The notes beneath the pieces were generated by a model. That model was not told the origin of the DNA and searched no databases. It saw only the letters and a program-made list of their open reading frames with translations. Position numbers and translations under genes: made by a program. Shown here piece after piece: positions 17,430 through 26,183 of a DNA stretch of 64,000 nucleotides. The stretch spans positions 227,903 through 291,902 of the forward strand of contig DATJPE010000063.1 of assembly GCA_035506535.1 (NCBI GenBank), read 5' to 3'. Origin of the DNA: Actinomycetes bacterium. Lineage in GTDB: Bacteria; Actinomycetota; Actinomycetes; DATJPE01. How positions within the stretch are numbered: position 1 is the stretch's first letter; each line of letters starts with the position of its first letter.

Positions 17430-19211
17430 ATGACCGACGGGACGATCAGCGGCGGGCCACGGGTCCTCGGCGGTCGCTACGAGCTCGGGGAGCTCCTCGG
17501 GCGGGGCGGGATGGCCGAGGTCCACGTGGGCCGCGACACCCGGCTCGGACGTACCGTGGCCATCAAGCTGCTGCGCAGCGACCTCGCTCGTGACCCCTCG
17601 TTCCAGTCGCGGTTCCGCCGCGAGGCCCAGTCTGCCGCGTCGCTGAACCACCCGAACATCGTCGCGGTCTACGACACCGGCGAGGAGCCGCTGCCGGACG
17701 GCGCCGGCGTGGGTCCGTACATCGTCATGGAGTACGTCCACGGGGAGACGCTGCGCGACGTCCTGCGCTCGGGCCGTCGCCTGCTGCCGGAGCGGGCGCT
17801 GGAGATCACCGAGGGACTGCTCGCCGCGTTGGACTACAGCCACCGGCACGGGATCATCCACCGAGATGTCAAGCCGGGCAACGTCATGCTCACCACGTCC
17901 GGCCAGGTCAAGGTGATGGACTTCGGCATCGCCCGCGCCGTGGCTGACAGCGCGGCGACGATGACCGCCACGTCCGGCGTGCTGGGCACCGCGCAGTACC
18001 TCTCGCCCGAGCAGGCGCGGGGGGAGACCGTGGACTCACGCAGCGACGTGTACTCCGCGGGCTGCCTGCTCTACGAGCTGCTGACCGGGCGCCCCCCGTT
18101 CACCGGCGACTCGCCGGTGTCGGTGGCCTACCAGCACGTCCGCGAGTACGCCGTCCCGCCCTCCCAGCTCGACGCCGACATCCCGCCCTCCTACGACGCG
18201 GTGGTCATGAAGGCGCTGGCCAAGGATCCCGCCGAACGCTACGCGACCGCCGCCGACATGGCCGCGGACCTGGAGCGGGCCAGGACGGGACAGCCGGTGC
18301 ACGCCGCCGCGACCGGCGCCGCCGCGACGGCCACCACCGCTCCGGTCCCCGGGCTGGGCGTGGAGACCACCCAGCGGCTGCCACCGGTGGCCCCGGTCGC
18401 CGTCACCCCCCAGGAGGGGCCGCCCCCGCGGCGGCGAGTCGGCTGGTACGTCGTGCTGGGCATCGCGACCCTCGCCGTGCTGGTCGGCGCCGCCTGGCTG
18501 GCCGCGACCTTCTTCGGCGGGGGCAACGGCAACAAGGTCACCGTGCCGGACCTCTCGGGCCTGACGAAGGCGAGCGCCCAGTCAGCGCTGGAGAAGGCCG
18601 GGCTGACCCTCGACCCCAACATCGCCACCAAGACGAGCGACAAGCCCAAGGGGACCGTCATCGACCAGGACCCGGCGGCGGGTGACGAAGCGGCGAAGGC
18701 CTCCGCCGTCAGCATCACCGTCTCGGGCGGCCCGGCGAACGTCGCGGTCCCGGTGCTCGTCGGTCTCACGCAGCCGCAGGCGGAGCAGGCCCTGCTCGAC
18801 GTCGGGCTCAAGCGCGGCAAGGTGACGCTGGTCAACGACAGCACCCAGCCCCAGGGCGTGGTCATCGACTCGAACCCGACGACCGGGACGTCAGTGGCGC
18901 CGGGCACCCCGGTCGACCTGAAGGTCTCCTCGGGCCTGATCACCGTGCCGGACGACCTCGTCGGCCAGACGGTGGACGCGGCGATCGTCGAGCTGACCAA
19001 TGCCGGCTTCCAGACCAAGCGCCAGCCCCAGGTGAACGGCAGCGTGCCCGCCGGACAGGTGCTCGCGACCAACCCGGCGGGCGGGACCGAGCTCGCCAAG
19101 GGGAAGACCGTCCAGGTGATCTACGCCGTGGCCCCGTCGAGCAGCCCGCCGCCGGCCTCCTCCAGCCCACCACCGAGCGGGAGCGCCAGCCCGAGCCCCA
19201 CCAAGTCCTGA
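17430..19211 (+). CDS. pknB: Ser/Thr protein kinase PknB with extracellular PASTA repeats.
   Basis: 'LGRGGMAEVHVGRD...VAIKLL', 'HRDVKPGNVML', 'DFGIA', 'GTAQYLSPEQA'. TM helix, then four PASTA-like repeats and a Pro/Ser-rich tail. Confidence 0.9.
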   Translation: MTDGTISGGPRVLGGRYELGELLGRGGMAEVHVGRDTRLGRTVAIKLLRSDLARDPSFQSRFRREAQSAASLNHPNIVAVYDTGEEPLPDGAGVGPYIVMEYVHGETLRDVLRSGRRLLPERALEITEGLLAALDYSHRHGIIHRDVKPGNVMLTTSGQVKVMDFGIARAVADSAATMTATSGVLGTAQYLSPEQARGETVDSRSDVYSAGCLLYELLTGRPPFTGDSPVSVAYQHVREYAVPPSQLDADIPPSYDAVVMKALAKDPAERYATAADMAADLERARTGQPVHAAATGAAATATTAPVPGLGVETTQRLPPVAPVAVTPQEGPPPRRRVGWYVVLGIATLAVLVGAAWLAATFFGGGNGNKVTVPDLSGLTKASAQSALEKAGLTLDPNIATKTSDKPKGTVIDQDPAAGDEAAKASAVSITVSGGPANVAVPVLVGLTQPQAEQALLDVGLKRGKVTLVNDSTQPQGVVIDSNPTTGTSVAPGTPVDLKVSSGLITVPDDLVGQTVDAAIVELTNAGFQTKRQPQVNGSVPAGQVLATNPAGGTELAKGKTVQVIYAVAPSSSPPPASSSPPPSGSASPSPTKS

Positions 19212-19233
19212 CCCAGCTCCGGCCCGGCCTCTG

Positions 19234-19290
19234 ACGCAATGAACGCGGCGTTCAGTCGCACCTAGCGCACCAACGCCGCGTTCATTGCAT
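19234..19290. terminator. Convergent (bidirectional) hairpin between pknB (+) and the pabA/trpG-like gene (-).
   Basis: Perfect 17-bp inverted repeat GCAATGAACGCGGCGTT ... AACGCCGCGTTCATTGC (19236-19252 / 19272-19288) with a 19-nt loop. It is unusually AT-rich for this genome. Confidence 0.5.
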
Positions 19291-19367
19291 CGCTGGGGGC
19301 ACCCGGCGTGGGGCGAGCACCAGGGCGGGCGAGGGCCCCGGGGGTCAGCCCTGGACGAGGGCCGGGG

Positions 19368-20009
19368 TCAGCCGGCGTGGGCGACGACCGGGGCCAGGCC
19401 GACCGAACGTGCGATCGCGTCCGGGTCGCCGCAGACGGTCAGCCAGTTGGCGAGCAGCCGGTGCCCGCCCTCGGTGAGCACCGACTCCGGATGGAACTGG
19501 ACCCCCTCGACGGCCAGGCTGCGGTGACGCAGGGCCATGATCACCCCACCCGGGGTCCGCGCGGTCACCTCGAGCTCGGCCGGCACCGTGGCCGGGTCCA
19601 CCGCCAGGGAGTGGTAGCGCGTCGCGGTGAACGGGCTCGGCAGCCCCGCCAGGACGCCGGCCCCGGAGTGCTCGACCCGGCTGGTCTTGCCGTGCAGCAG
19701 CTCCGGGGCGCGCCCGACCGTGCCGCCGTACGCGACGGCGATGGCCTGGTGCCCGAGGCAGACGCCGAGGACGGGTACGCGCCCCGCCGCCGCCCGCACC
19801 ATGTCGACACAGACCCCGGCCTGCTCCGGCGTGCCCGGTCCCGGGGACAGCAGCACCCCGTCGAAGCCGAGCGCCGCGGCGGCATCGACCTCGTCGTTGC
19901 GATGCACGACCGGTTCGGCGCCGAGTTGTGCGAGGTACTGCACGAGGTTGAACACGAAGCTGTCGTAGTTGTCGACCACGAGGATCCGCAGGGGCTGAGC
20001 CCGGCTCAC
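19368..20009 (-). CDS. Glutamine amidotransferase, anthranilate/aminodeoxychorismate synthase component II (TrpG/PabA-like).
   Basis: 'ILVVDNYDSFVFNLVQYL', 'GVCLGHQAI' (catalytic Cys), 'GVQFHPES'. Start taken at the GTG 'VSRAQPLRILVV'. The upstream part of the ORF is rejected. Confidence 0.8.
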   Translation of the reverse strand: MSRAQPLRILVVDNYDSFVFNLVQYLAQLGAEPVVHRNDEVDAAAALGFDGVLLSPGPGTPEQAGVCVDMVRAAAGRVPVLGVCLGHQAIAVAYGGTVGRAPELLHGKTSRVEHSGAGVLAGLPSPFTATRYHSLAVDPATVPAELEVTARTPGGVIMALRHRSLAVEGVQFHPESVLTEGGHRLLANWLTVCGDPDAIARSVGLAPVVAHAG

Positions 20010-20200
20010 TGCTGCCACCCCCTCACGACGTCCGCGGTCGAGGAGTGTGTCACGGTGACGTCGTTGAACGGCAGCCGCGGCTGGACCCAGGGGAAGACCA
20101 CCCCGAAGAGCAGCGCCACGACGAGCCCGAGCAGCACCGCGCAGGCGAGGACCCGGGCCGGCCACGGACCGGGCAGGTGCCGCCACAACCACGGGTACAC
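20006..20200 (-). CDS. Small membrane protein (64 aa, one TM), possibly co-transcribed between the sortase and pabA-like genes.
   Basis: 'MYPWLWRHLPGPWPARVLACAVLLGLVVALLFGVVFPW'. Its stop overlaps the pabA-like start. Low certainty that it is translated. Confidence 0.35.
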   Translation of the reverse strand: MYPWLWRHLPGPWPARVLACAVLLGLVVALLFGVVFPWVQPRLPFNDVTVTHSSTADVVRGWQQ

Positions 20201-20207
20201 CCGCTCA

Positions 20208-21032
20208 TCACCCCGTCACGTCGAGGCCGGGGGGCGGACCCTGGTCGGCCGGTCTGGTGGACACGAGGGTCCCGAAGACGATCCAGCGTTGGAAGGAGGC
20301 CCACCGGGGGTTGCACGTCGTGATCGTGAGCCGGGCCACGGTGGGGGTGACGCCCGGCCGGTCGGGCACGGGGAGCAGCACGGACAGGTCGTCGGGCGCG
20401 ACGATCCGGTGCGAGGTGACCCGGTAGACGTACCAGGCCTGGACGGTCCGGACGTAGACGTAGCTGCCCACCGTGACCCGCGGGATGTTGGCCAGCGGCT
20501 GGCCGTTGGTCGCCCGGTGGCCGGCCACGGCGAAGTTGCCCACCTCGCCGGGGAGCTGGGTCTTCGGGTAGTGCCCGACCGTGCCCTTGAGGTCCGACAG
20601 CGCCACACCCTCCACGACCGCGCGGGCCCAGTGCCGACCGAGCGCGGGGATGTACATGATCGCGAACGGCTGCCCGCGCTTGACGGTCAACGAGACCGGA
20701 CCCGCTGAGGGGCCGGACGAGGCGGGGCCGGTCGGGCCGCCGGCGCCTTCGGCGCCCGACACGCCTTGGCCGAAGCTGTGCTCGAGGCCCCGGCGAAGCG
20801 CGCTCTCGTGCCGGTCGGCGGTGACGTTGGTCCAGAACAGCTCGTAGACGGCGAACAGCAGCAGGACGCAGCCGAGGGTCACCAGCAGCTCGCCCAGCCC
20901 CCGGACCAGCGACCACCGGTCGAGCCGGGGCCCATCAGGGGCCGTCACCGGCGGCTCCGGCGTCGCCGCGGTGCCCACTGGCGGCTCCGGCGTCGCCGCG
21001 GTGCCCACCGGCGGCTCAGCAGCCACCCCCAC
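20208..21032 (-). CDS. srtE: Class E (housekeeping) sortase, with an intact catalytic triad.
   Basis: His in 'NFAVAGHRATNGQP', TLxTC as 'ARLTITTCNPRW', downstream Arg. N-terminal TM anchor. N-terminus contains a 30-bp tandem duplication encoding PPVGTAATPE. Confidence 0.8.
   Translation of the reverse strand: MGVAAEPPVGTAATPEPPVGTAATPEPPVTAPDGPRLDRWSLVRGLGELLVTLGCVLLLFAVYELFWTNVTADRHESALRRGLEHSFGQGVSGAEGAGGPTGPASSGPSAGPVSLTVKRGQPFAIMYIPALGRHWARAVVEGVALSDLKGTVGHYPKTQLPGEVGNFAVAGHRATNGQPLANIPRVTVGSYVYVRTVQAWYVYRVTSHRIVAPDDLSVLLPVPDRPGVTPTVARLTITTCNPRWASFQRWIVFGTLVSTRPADQGPPPGLDVTG
20949..21017. repeat. 30-bp tandem repeat (2.3 copies) inside the 5' end of the srtE coding region.
   Basis: CGGCGGCTCCGGCGTCGCCGCGGTGCCCAC repeated at 20949-20978 and 20979-21008, with a partial third copy. 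Confidence 0.8.
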
Positions 21033-21126
21033 CTCCGAGACGCCGAGCGACCGGGTCGCGCCGGTCGTCGCTTACGCTAACCGACGTCGTCCCGCGTGAT
21101 CGCGGCCGCCACCGCCAGGAGTCCCC

Positions 21127-21381
21127 GTGCCCAAGTCGCGTACCCGCCGCAAGCAGGCCTACACGCCGCCGCCCCCGCCGAGCGCCGAGACCGCCCCGAA
21201 GGTCCGCCGCTGGATCGCGCCCTTCATGGTGACGATGTTCCTCATCGGCCTGGTCTACCTGGTCGTCTGGTACCTGAGCCAGGGGAACCTGCCGATCATG
21301 GACGCCCTCGGGCCCTGGAACGTCGCCGTGGGCTTCGGCTTCATCCTCGTGGGGTTCGTGGCGTCCACCCAGTGGCGCTGA
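21127..21381 (+). CDS. crgA: Cell division protein CrgA.
   Basis: 'MPKSRTRRK...VRRWIAPFMVTMFLIGLVYLVVWYL' with two TM helices. GTG start. Matches the CrgA family signature. Confidence 0.85.
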   Translation: MPKSRTRRKQAYTPPPPPSAETAPKVRRWIAPFMVTMFLIGLVYLVVWYLSQGNLPIMDALGPWNVAVGFGFILVGFVASTQWR

Positions 21382-21452
21382 CCACGTTCCCGGGGCCCGC
21401 CCTCCACAGTGGGGACAACCCCTGTGGAGGAATCCCAACCGTGTAACTTCGC

Positions 21453-22379
21453 TCAGAGCCCCGACACGTCGGTCTGGAGCAGCTTGAGGCAGGTCGACAC
21501 CTGCTGGATGCACGCCTGCTGGCGGGGGTCCTGGCGCAGCGTCGCGGTGCGCCCCGCCACCAGGCCGAGGGAGACCACGACGAGGACCGCGGTCGTCGCG
21601 ACAGCGACCTGGGTGCGCCAGCGGCGCGGCGCGTAGGCGAAGGCGAGGGTCAGCAGCACGCCGGCGACCAGCCCGCCGACATGGGCGTGCCAATCGATGG
21701 TGGGGATGGCGAAGGTCAGGGCGAGGTTGATGACGATGAGGGCCAACGCCGGCCGGGGGTCGTACCCGAGCCGCCGGTAGAGGACAGCGAGGGCGCCGAA
21801 GACGCCGAAGATCGCCCCGCTGGCGCCGACCGAGTAGCCGCCACCGAAGGCATACGACAGCGAGCTGCCGGCCAGCGCCGACACGAGGTAGAGGGTCAGG
21901 AAGCGCCAGCGGCCGAGCCAGACCTCCACCTGCTGGCCCACCAGCCACAGGGCGTACATGTTGAAAGCGACGTGCAGGATCGAGCCGTGGACGAGCGTGA
22001 CCGTGATGAGCCGGTACCACTCCCCGGCGGCGACCGCGAAGTTCACCAGGGCGAGCTGCCGGGTCACCTCACCGCTGAGCACCTGCAGCACGAAGACGCC
22101 GACGGTGACGTAGACGATGGTCCGAGTGACCACGCCCGGCCGCGACCCGACCCGACCGCCGGCCAGGGTACGGGCCTCGCGCACGCTCGCCCGCCCGTCG
22201 CGGATGCACTCGGGGCACTGGAAGCCGACCGCCGCCGAGGTCATGCAGTCCGGGCAGATCGGCCGGTCGCATCGGGCACAGCGGACGTAGGTCTCGCGCC
22301 CGGGGTGCCGGTAGCAGGTCGGGACGCCCGCCTGCGGACCGTCCCGGGCCGGGCCGTCTGGTCCGAGGGGCTGGGTCAT
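21453..22379 (-). CDS. Rhomboid-family intramembrane serine protease with an N-terminal zinc-ribbon.
   Basis: N-terminal 'CYRHPGRETYVRCARCDRPICPDCM...FQCPEC'. Rhomboid motifs 'GASGAIFG' (catalytic Ser) and 'AHVGGL' (catalytic His). Confidence 0.8.
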   Translation of the reverse strand: MTQPLGPDGPARDGPQAGVPTCYRHPGRETYVRCARCDRPICPDCMTSAAVGFQCPECIRDGRASVREARTLAGGRVGSRPGVVTRTIVYVTVGVFVLQVLSGEVTRQLALVNFAVAAGEWYRLITVTLVHGSILHVAFNMYALWLVGQQVEVWLGRWRFLTLYLVSALAGSSLSYAFGGGYSVGASGAIFGVFGALAVLYRRLGYDPRPALALIVINLALTFAIPTIDWHAHVGGLVAGVLLTLAFAYAPRRWRTQVAVATTAVLVVVSLGLVAGRTATLRQDPRQQACIQQVSTCLKLLQTDVSGL

Positions 22380-22384
22380 CGACC

Positions 22385-22912
22385 TCAGGCGCGTCGCTCG
22401 ACCGTCACCGACTCCAGGACGACGTCCTGGGCCGGGCGGTCCCCGCGGCTCGTCGGGGTCTTGGCGATGCCGTCGACGACCGACCGGCCGGCCGCGTCCG
22501 TGACCTCACCGAAGATCGTGTGCTTGCGGTTGAGCCACGGCGTCGGCGCCACCGTGATGAAGAACTGAGAGCCGTTGGTACCGGGGCCGGCGTTGGCCAT
22601 GGCCAGCAGGTAGGGGCGGTCGAAGACCAGCTCCGGGTGGATCTCGTCGGCGAAGCGGTACCCCGGGCCGCCCGTACCCGTCCCCAGCGGGTCGCCGCCC
22701 TGGATCATGAAGCCGTCGATGACCCGGTGGAAGACCGTCCCGTCGTAGAGGCGCGCGTGGGTCTTCTGGCCGGTCCTCGGGTCGGTCCACTCCCGCTCCC
22801 CGGTAGCCAGCTCCACGAAGTTGCGCACCGTCTTGGGTGCCTGGTTCTCGAACAGCTCGACCTCGATCGGGCCGTGGTTGGTCTGCAGGGTGGCGATGAG
22901 GCGCTCGGCCAT
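22385..22912 (-). CDS. ppiA: Peptidyl-prolyl cis-trans isomerase, cyclophilin type.
   Basis: 'FHRVIDGFMIQGGDP', 'LAMANAGPGTNGSQFFIT', 'HTIFGEV' are cyclophilin signatures. Confidence 0.9.
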   Translation of the reverse strand: MAERLIATLQTNHGPIEVELFENQAPKTVRNFVELATGEREWTDPRTGQKTHARLYDGTVFHRVIDGFMIQGGDPLGTGTGGPGYRFADEIHPELVFDRPYLLAMANAGPGTNGSQFFITVAPTPWLNRKHTIFGEVTDAAGRSVVDGIAKTPTSRGDRPAQDVVLESVTVERRA

Positions 22913-22973
22913 GCCAGGGCTCGCTTCCGAGAGTGAGGTCTCGACGGGCGGGCCCGCCGAAGGGCGTGGCCTC

Positions 22974-23471
22974 CTAGCCTAAATCCCCCGGAAGGGCCGC
23001 TCGCGCGCGGCGCAGGGCCACAGCGGTCGCCGCCAGGGCCGCGGCGCACAGGACGACGACGGTGCCGGCCTCCCGCGCCTGTCCCGAGTAGTCGGTCCCG
23101 ATGCCGGAGGAGTCGTCGGCCGCGGTCAGGCGCAGCCCCATGAGCCGCCACTCCAGGACGCACGCCACGAGGATCAGCACCCACACGACGGGCGTCCAGC
23201 GCGTGCCGCGGCCCCGCTCGGCGAAGACGGCCAGCAGCACCAGCGTGGCGACGGCGAGCACGGCGAGGTCGATGAGGGCGAGCAGCCCGCCCACGTACGA
23301 CACCGGCTGCGTGTCGGTGAGCCGTCCCGCCTGCAGCGCCCGCAGCTTGGTGGCATCGCGGGTGAGGAGTACGGCCTGGGTCGCCGAGACGGCGGCGGCC
23401 GCGCCGAGGAAGGCGAAGGCCGCCACGTCGATGCCGACCCCGTGGACGGTGTGGTGTCGCCGCTGGTGCAC
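22974..23471 (-). CDS. Small membrane protein (3 TM), positional counterpart of the mycobacterial Rv0008c-type membrane protein.
   Basis: Only the C-terminal about 165 aa of the 652-aa ORF-track entry look coding: hydrophobic helices, balanced composition, GTG at 23471. The remainder is Arg/Gly-rich antisense junk. Confidence 0.45.
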   Translation of the reverse strand: MHQRRHHTVHGVGIDVAAFAFLGAAAAVSATQAVLLTRDATKLRALQAGRLTDTQPVSYVGGLLALIDLAVLAVATLVLLAVFAERGRGTRWTPVVWVLILVACVLEWRLMGLRLTAADDSSGIGTDYSGQAREAGTVVVLCAAALAATAVALRRARAALPGDLG

Positions 23472-23601
23472 GTCCCCACCCCCTGCCGTGCCCCCGCCGG
23501 TGCCATCCTGCCGTAACCATCCCGTGATGTGCACGCCCGCGGGCGCCCCGGAAGATCGCCCACTCGCAACCTGGTGGTCACCGGGTCGTCGCACGCCGCG
23601 G

Positions 23602-23898
23602 CTAGCGTCCGCGGTGATGCACCACGCCGTCGCCGCCGAGGCCGAGCTCGGCCTTCGCCCGGGCGTGCGCGGGGGCCGGATCGCCGATGTTGGGGACCTC
23701 GTCCCCATCGGGGTCCAGCACGCCGTCGCGCTGGCCGACCTGGACCGGACGCTGTGCGGGCGCGACGTCGAACGGCCCCTCTCGAGGTTCGTCGAGCTCC
23801 GCTTCGCGGACGTCCCGGATGGCCAGCGCTGCCCGACCTGCGTGGCGACGATCACCGGAGCGGGTTCCCCCTCCTGAGCCGTACCCATGGGTAGGCAT
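23602..23898 (-). CDS. Hypothetical acidic protein (98 aa).
   Basis: It is the only ORF in this gap with non-junk composition (D/E-rich). Not recognised. Confidence 0.25.
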   Translation of the reverse strand: MPTHGYGSGGGTRSGDRRHAGRAALAIRDVREAELDEPREGPFDVAPAQRPVQVGQRDGVLDPDGDEVPNIGDPAPAHARAKAELGLGGDGVVHHRGR

Positions 23899-23912
23899 GG
23901 CATCGTTCGCGC

Positions 23913-25022
23913 GTGCGGATGATCAGAGGCGTCGAGGAGTGGCGGTCGGTCGCCCTGGTGCTGTGCAGCAGGGTCATCGTCCTGGGCTTCCTGCTCCTGT
24001 CCGCGTTCACCGACGTCCGCGGCACCCGGCACTACGTGCCGTTCCTGCCGCGCCTGGTCCACTGGGACGCGTTCCACTACCTCGGGATCGCCAAGTTCGG
24101 GTACGGCCTCGCGATGGCGAGCGACCACCCGAGCGCCGCGTTCTTCCCCGGCTTCCCGGCGACCATCCGGGTCGTTCACTTCCTGGGCGTCGACTACGTC
24201 ATCTCGGGCGTGATCATCAGCCTCGTCGGGACGCTGGTCGCCGCGGTGGCCCTGGCCCGCATCGCCGCCCTGGACGGCCACCCCGAGGACGGGCCCTGGG
24301 CCGTCGCGTTCCTGCTGCTCGCCCCCGCCGCGGTCTTCCTCGCCGTCCCCTACACCGAGGGGCTGTTCCTCGGACTGGCGCTGCCGGCATGGCTGTTCGC
24401 CCGGCGGCGGGAGTGGTGGTGGGCCGGGATCTTGTGCGGGGTGTCGATGTTCGTCCGCGTCGACGGGCTGTTCCTGCTGACCGCCCTGGTCGTGGAGTGG
24501 CTGACCAAGGACCGGCCGCGCCGGTTGGCCGACGCGGCGTGGCTGTCCATCCCGATCGGGGCGGCGGTGGCCCTCGAGGTCTTCTACGTATGGCTCACTG
24601 GCGAGGTGCTGGGCTGGCTGCACGCCGAGCAGATCGGTTGGCACCGCTCCTTCGCCTGGCCGTGGCGCACCGCCCACAACACCATCCCGCTGGTCTTCCC
24701 CAGGCACGGCTTCGTCTGGACCCAGCTGTCCTCGGGTCTCGACCTGATCGCGCTGGTGGTCGCCGTGGTCGTCACGGTCGTGCTGTGCCGCGAGCGCCGC
24801 TGGGGTGAGGCGGTGCTGGTCGGGCTGCCCTTCGTCATGCTGTCGACCTCGACCCGGCTGTGGTCGCTGGACCGCGCGACGCTGCTCGCCTGGCCGATCT
24901 TCCTGCTCCTCGCCCGTCTCGCCCGCCGGCACGAGTGGATCACGTGGAGCTATGTGACGGTGGGCCTGTGCCTGGGCGCGGTCGTCATGATGGGCTACGC
25001 CTCGGGTGCCTGGGTCGGCTGA
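23913..25022 (+). CDS. Polytopic membrane glycosyltransferase, GT-C fold (mannosyltransferase / PIG-V-like).
   Basis: 'HWDAFHYLGIAKFGY' motif and about 9 TM helices. Lies next to uppP. Confidence 0.5.
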   Translation: MRMIRGVEEWRSVALVLCSRVIVLGFLLLSAFTDVRGTRHYVPFLPRLVHWDAFHYLGIAKFGYGLAMASDHPSAAFFPGFPATIRVVHFLGVDYVISGVIISLVGTLVAAVALARIAALDGHPEDGPWAVAFLLLAPAAVFLAVPYTEGLFLGLALPAWLFARRREWWWAGILCGVSMFVRVDGLFLLTALVVEWLTKDRPRRLADAAWLSIPIGAAVALEVFYVWLTGEVLGWLHAEQIGWHRSFAWPWRTAHNTIPLVFPRHGFVWTQLSSGLDLIALVVAVVVTVVLCRERRWGEAVLVGLPFVMLSTSTRLWSLDRATLLAWPIFLLLARLARRHEWITWSYVTVGLCLGAVVMMGYASGAWVG

Positions 25023-25106
25023 GCCCGTCGCACCGCGACCGAGCCGACGTGTGAGGCGTACGTGGGTCCAACGACCGATGAGCGCCTAACACATCGCGGA
25101 ACTGCA

Positions 25107-26000
25107 TCAGGCGAAGTGGATGATCGAGATCCCGCCGAAGACCAGTGAGTAGACGGCGAAGGGGATCAGCGTCCCGGTCTTGAAGAAGCGCACCAGCCAC
25201 GACGCGGCGAGGTAGGCGGCGGCGAAGGCGGCGATGCTGCCGGCGAGCACCTCGCCGCGGATGCCGTTCCCGAGCGGACCGAACAGGTCCGGGATCTTCA
25301 CCACGCCGGCGGCCAGGATGACCGGGGTCGCGAGCAGGAAGGCGAAGCGCACCGCCTGCTCGTGGTCGAGCCCGCGGAACAGCCCGCCCACCATCGAGAT
25401 GCCGGAGCGGCTGATCCCCGCGAGCAGCGCCCCCGCCTGGGCGAAGCCGATGACCGTCGCGTCGAGCGGCCTGATCTGCGTCGCGATGTCGACGTCGACC
25501 TCGGCGCCGGGTTCGGCGCCGGGTCCCTCGTAGGGCCTGGCCACCTTGCGCCGCATGCGCTCCCCGAGCAGCAGGATCAGGCCGTTGAGGACGAGGAAGC
25601 AGGCGGCTGCCAGCGGCTTGGCGAACAGCACGCGCAGCGGGTGCTCGAGCAGGATGCCGAGGGCTCCGACGGGGACCGTCGCGATGACGATGAGCCACGA
25701 CAGCCGTTCGTAGGGCTCGGCCATGCTGCGGCGACGCAGGGAGGACACGAACCCGCGCACGATGGCGTACCAGTCGCGGCGGAACAGGACCAGCAGCGCG
25801 AGCGCAGTCGCCACGTGCAGGCCGACGATGAAGGCCAGGTACGGCGACTCGGCGCTCGACTGCTCGGTGACCAACGACTTCCAGCTGCCGCCGAGCCAGG
25901 CCGGGACGAGCACGGAGTGTCCGAGGCTCGAGATCGGGAAGAGCTCGGTGACACCTTGCAGTAGCCCGATGACGATCGCCTGCAGGTAGGTCAGGGACAT
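25107..26000 (-). CDS. uppP: Undecaprenyl-diphosphate phosphatase UppP/BacA.
   Basis: 'LQGVTELFPISSLGHSVLV' and 'ISRSGISMVGGLF' are the two BacA signature motifs. ATG at 26000. The upstream 90 aa of the ORF are rejected. Confidence 0.85.
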   Translation of the reverse strand: MSLTYLQAIVIGLLQGVTELFPISSLGHSVLVPAWLGGSWKSLVTEQSSAESPYLAFIVGLHVATALALLVLFRRDWYAIVRGFVSSLRRRSMAEPYERLSWLIVIATVPVGALGILLEHPLRVLFAKPLAAACFLVLNGLILLLGERMRRKVARPYEGPGAEPGAEVDVDIATQIRPLDATVIGFAQAGALLAGISRSGISMVGGLFRGLDHEQAVRFAFLLATPVILAAGVVKIPDLFGPLGNGIRGEVLAGSIAAFAAAYLAASWLVRFFKTGTLIPFAVYSLVFGGISIIHFA

Positions 26001-26183
26001 CAGGTGGGTGCTCGACCTTCCGTTCGACCTGCACGTATCTGCGCGGGCCAGCATGCACCTGGATGAACCTGCTGGACCTGCCCGGCGAAGGGGCCAACGA
26101 AGGTTAGGGCCTGCCGCTGTGGGGTTTCTGGGAAACGGGGGGCGCGTCACCCATCCGGTGGCTGCACGCCCGATGACGCTCGG

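Noticed and set aside
23529-24808. Plus ORFs 23529..23894 and 23687..24808
   Set aside because: Poly-Arg/Pro junk. The 23687..24808 ORF also runs out of frame through the well-supported GT-C gene (23913-25022).
22974-24932. 652-aa minus ORF
   Set aside because: Only the 3' 165 codons (22974-23471) look like a real (membrane) protein. The rest is antisense to the GT-C transferase gene at 23913-25022 and is Arg/Gly/Glu-rich.
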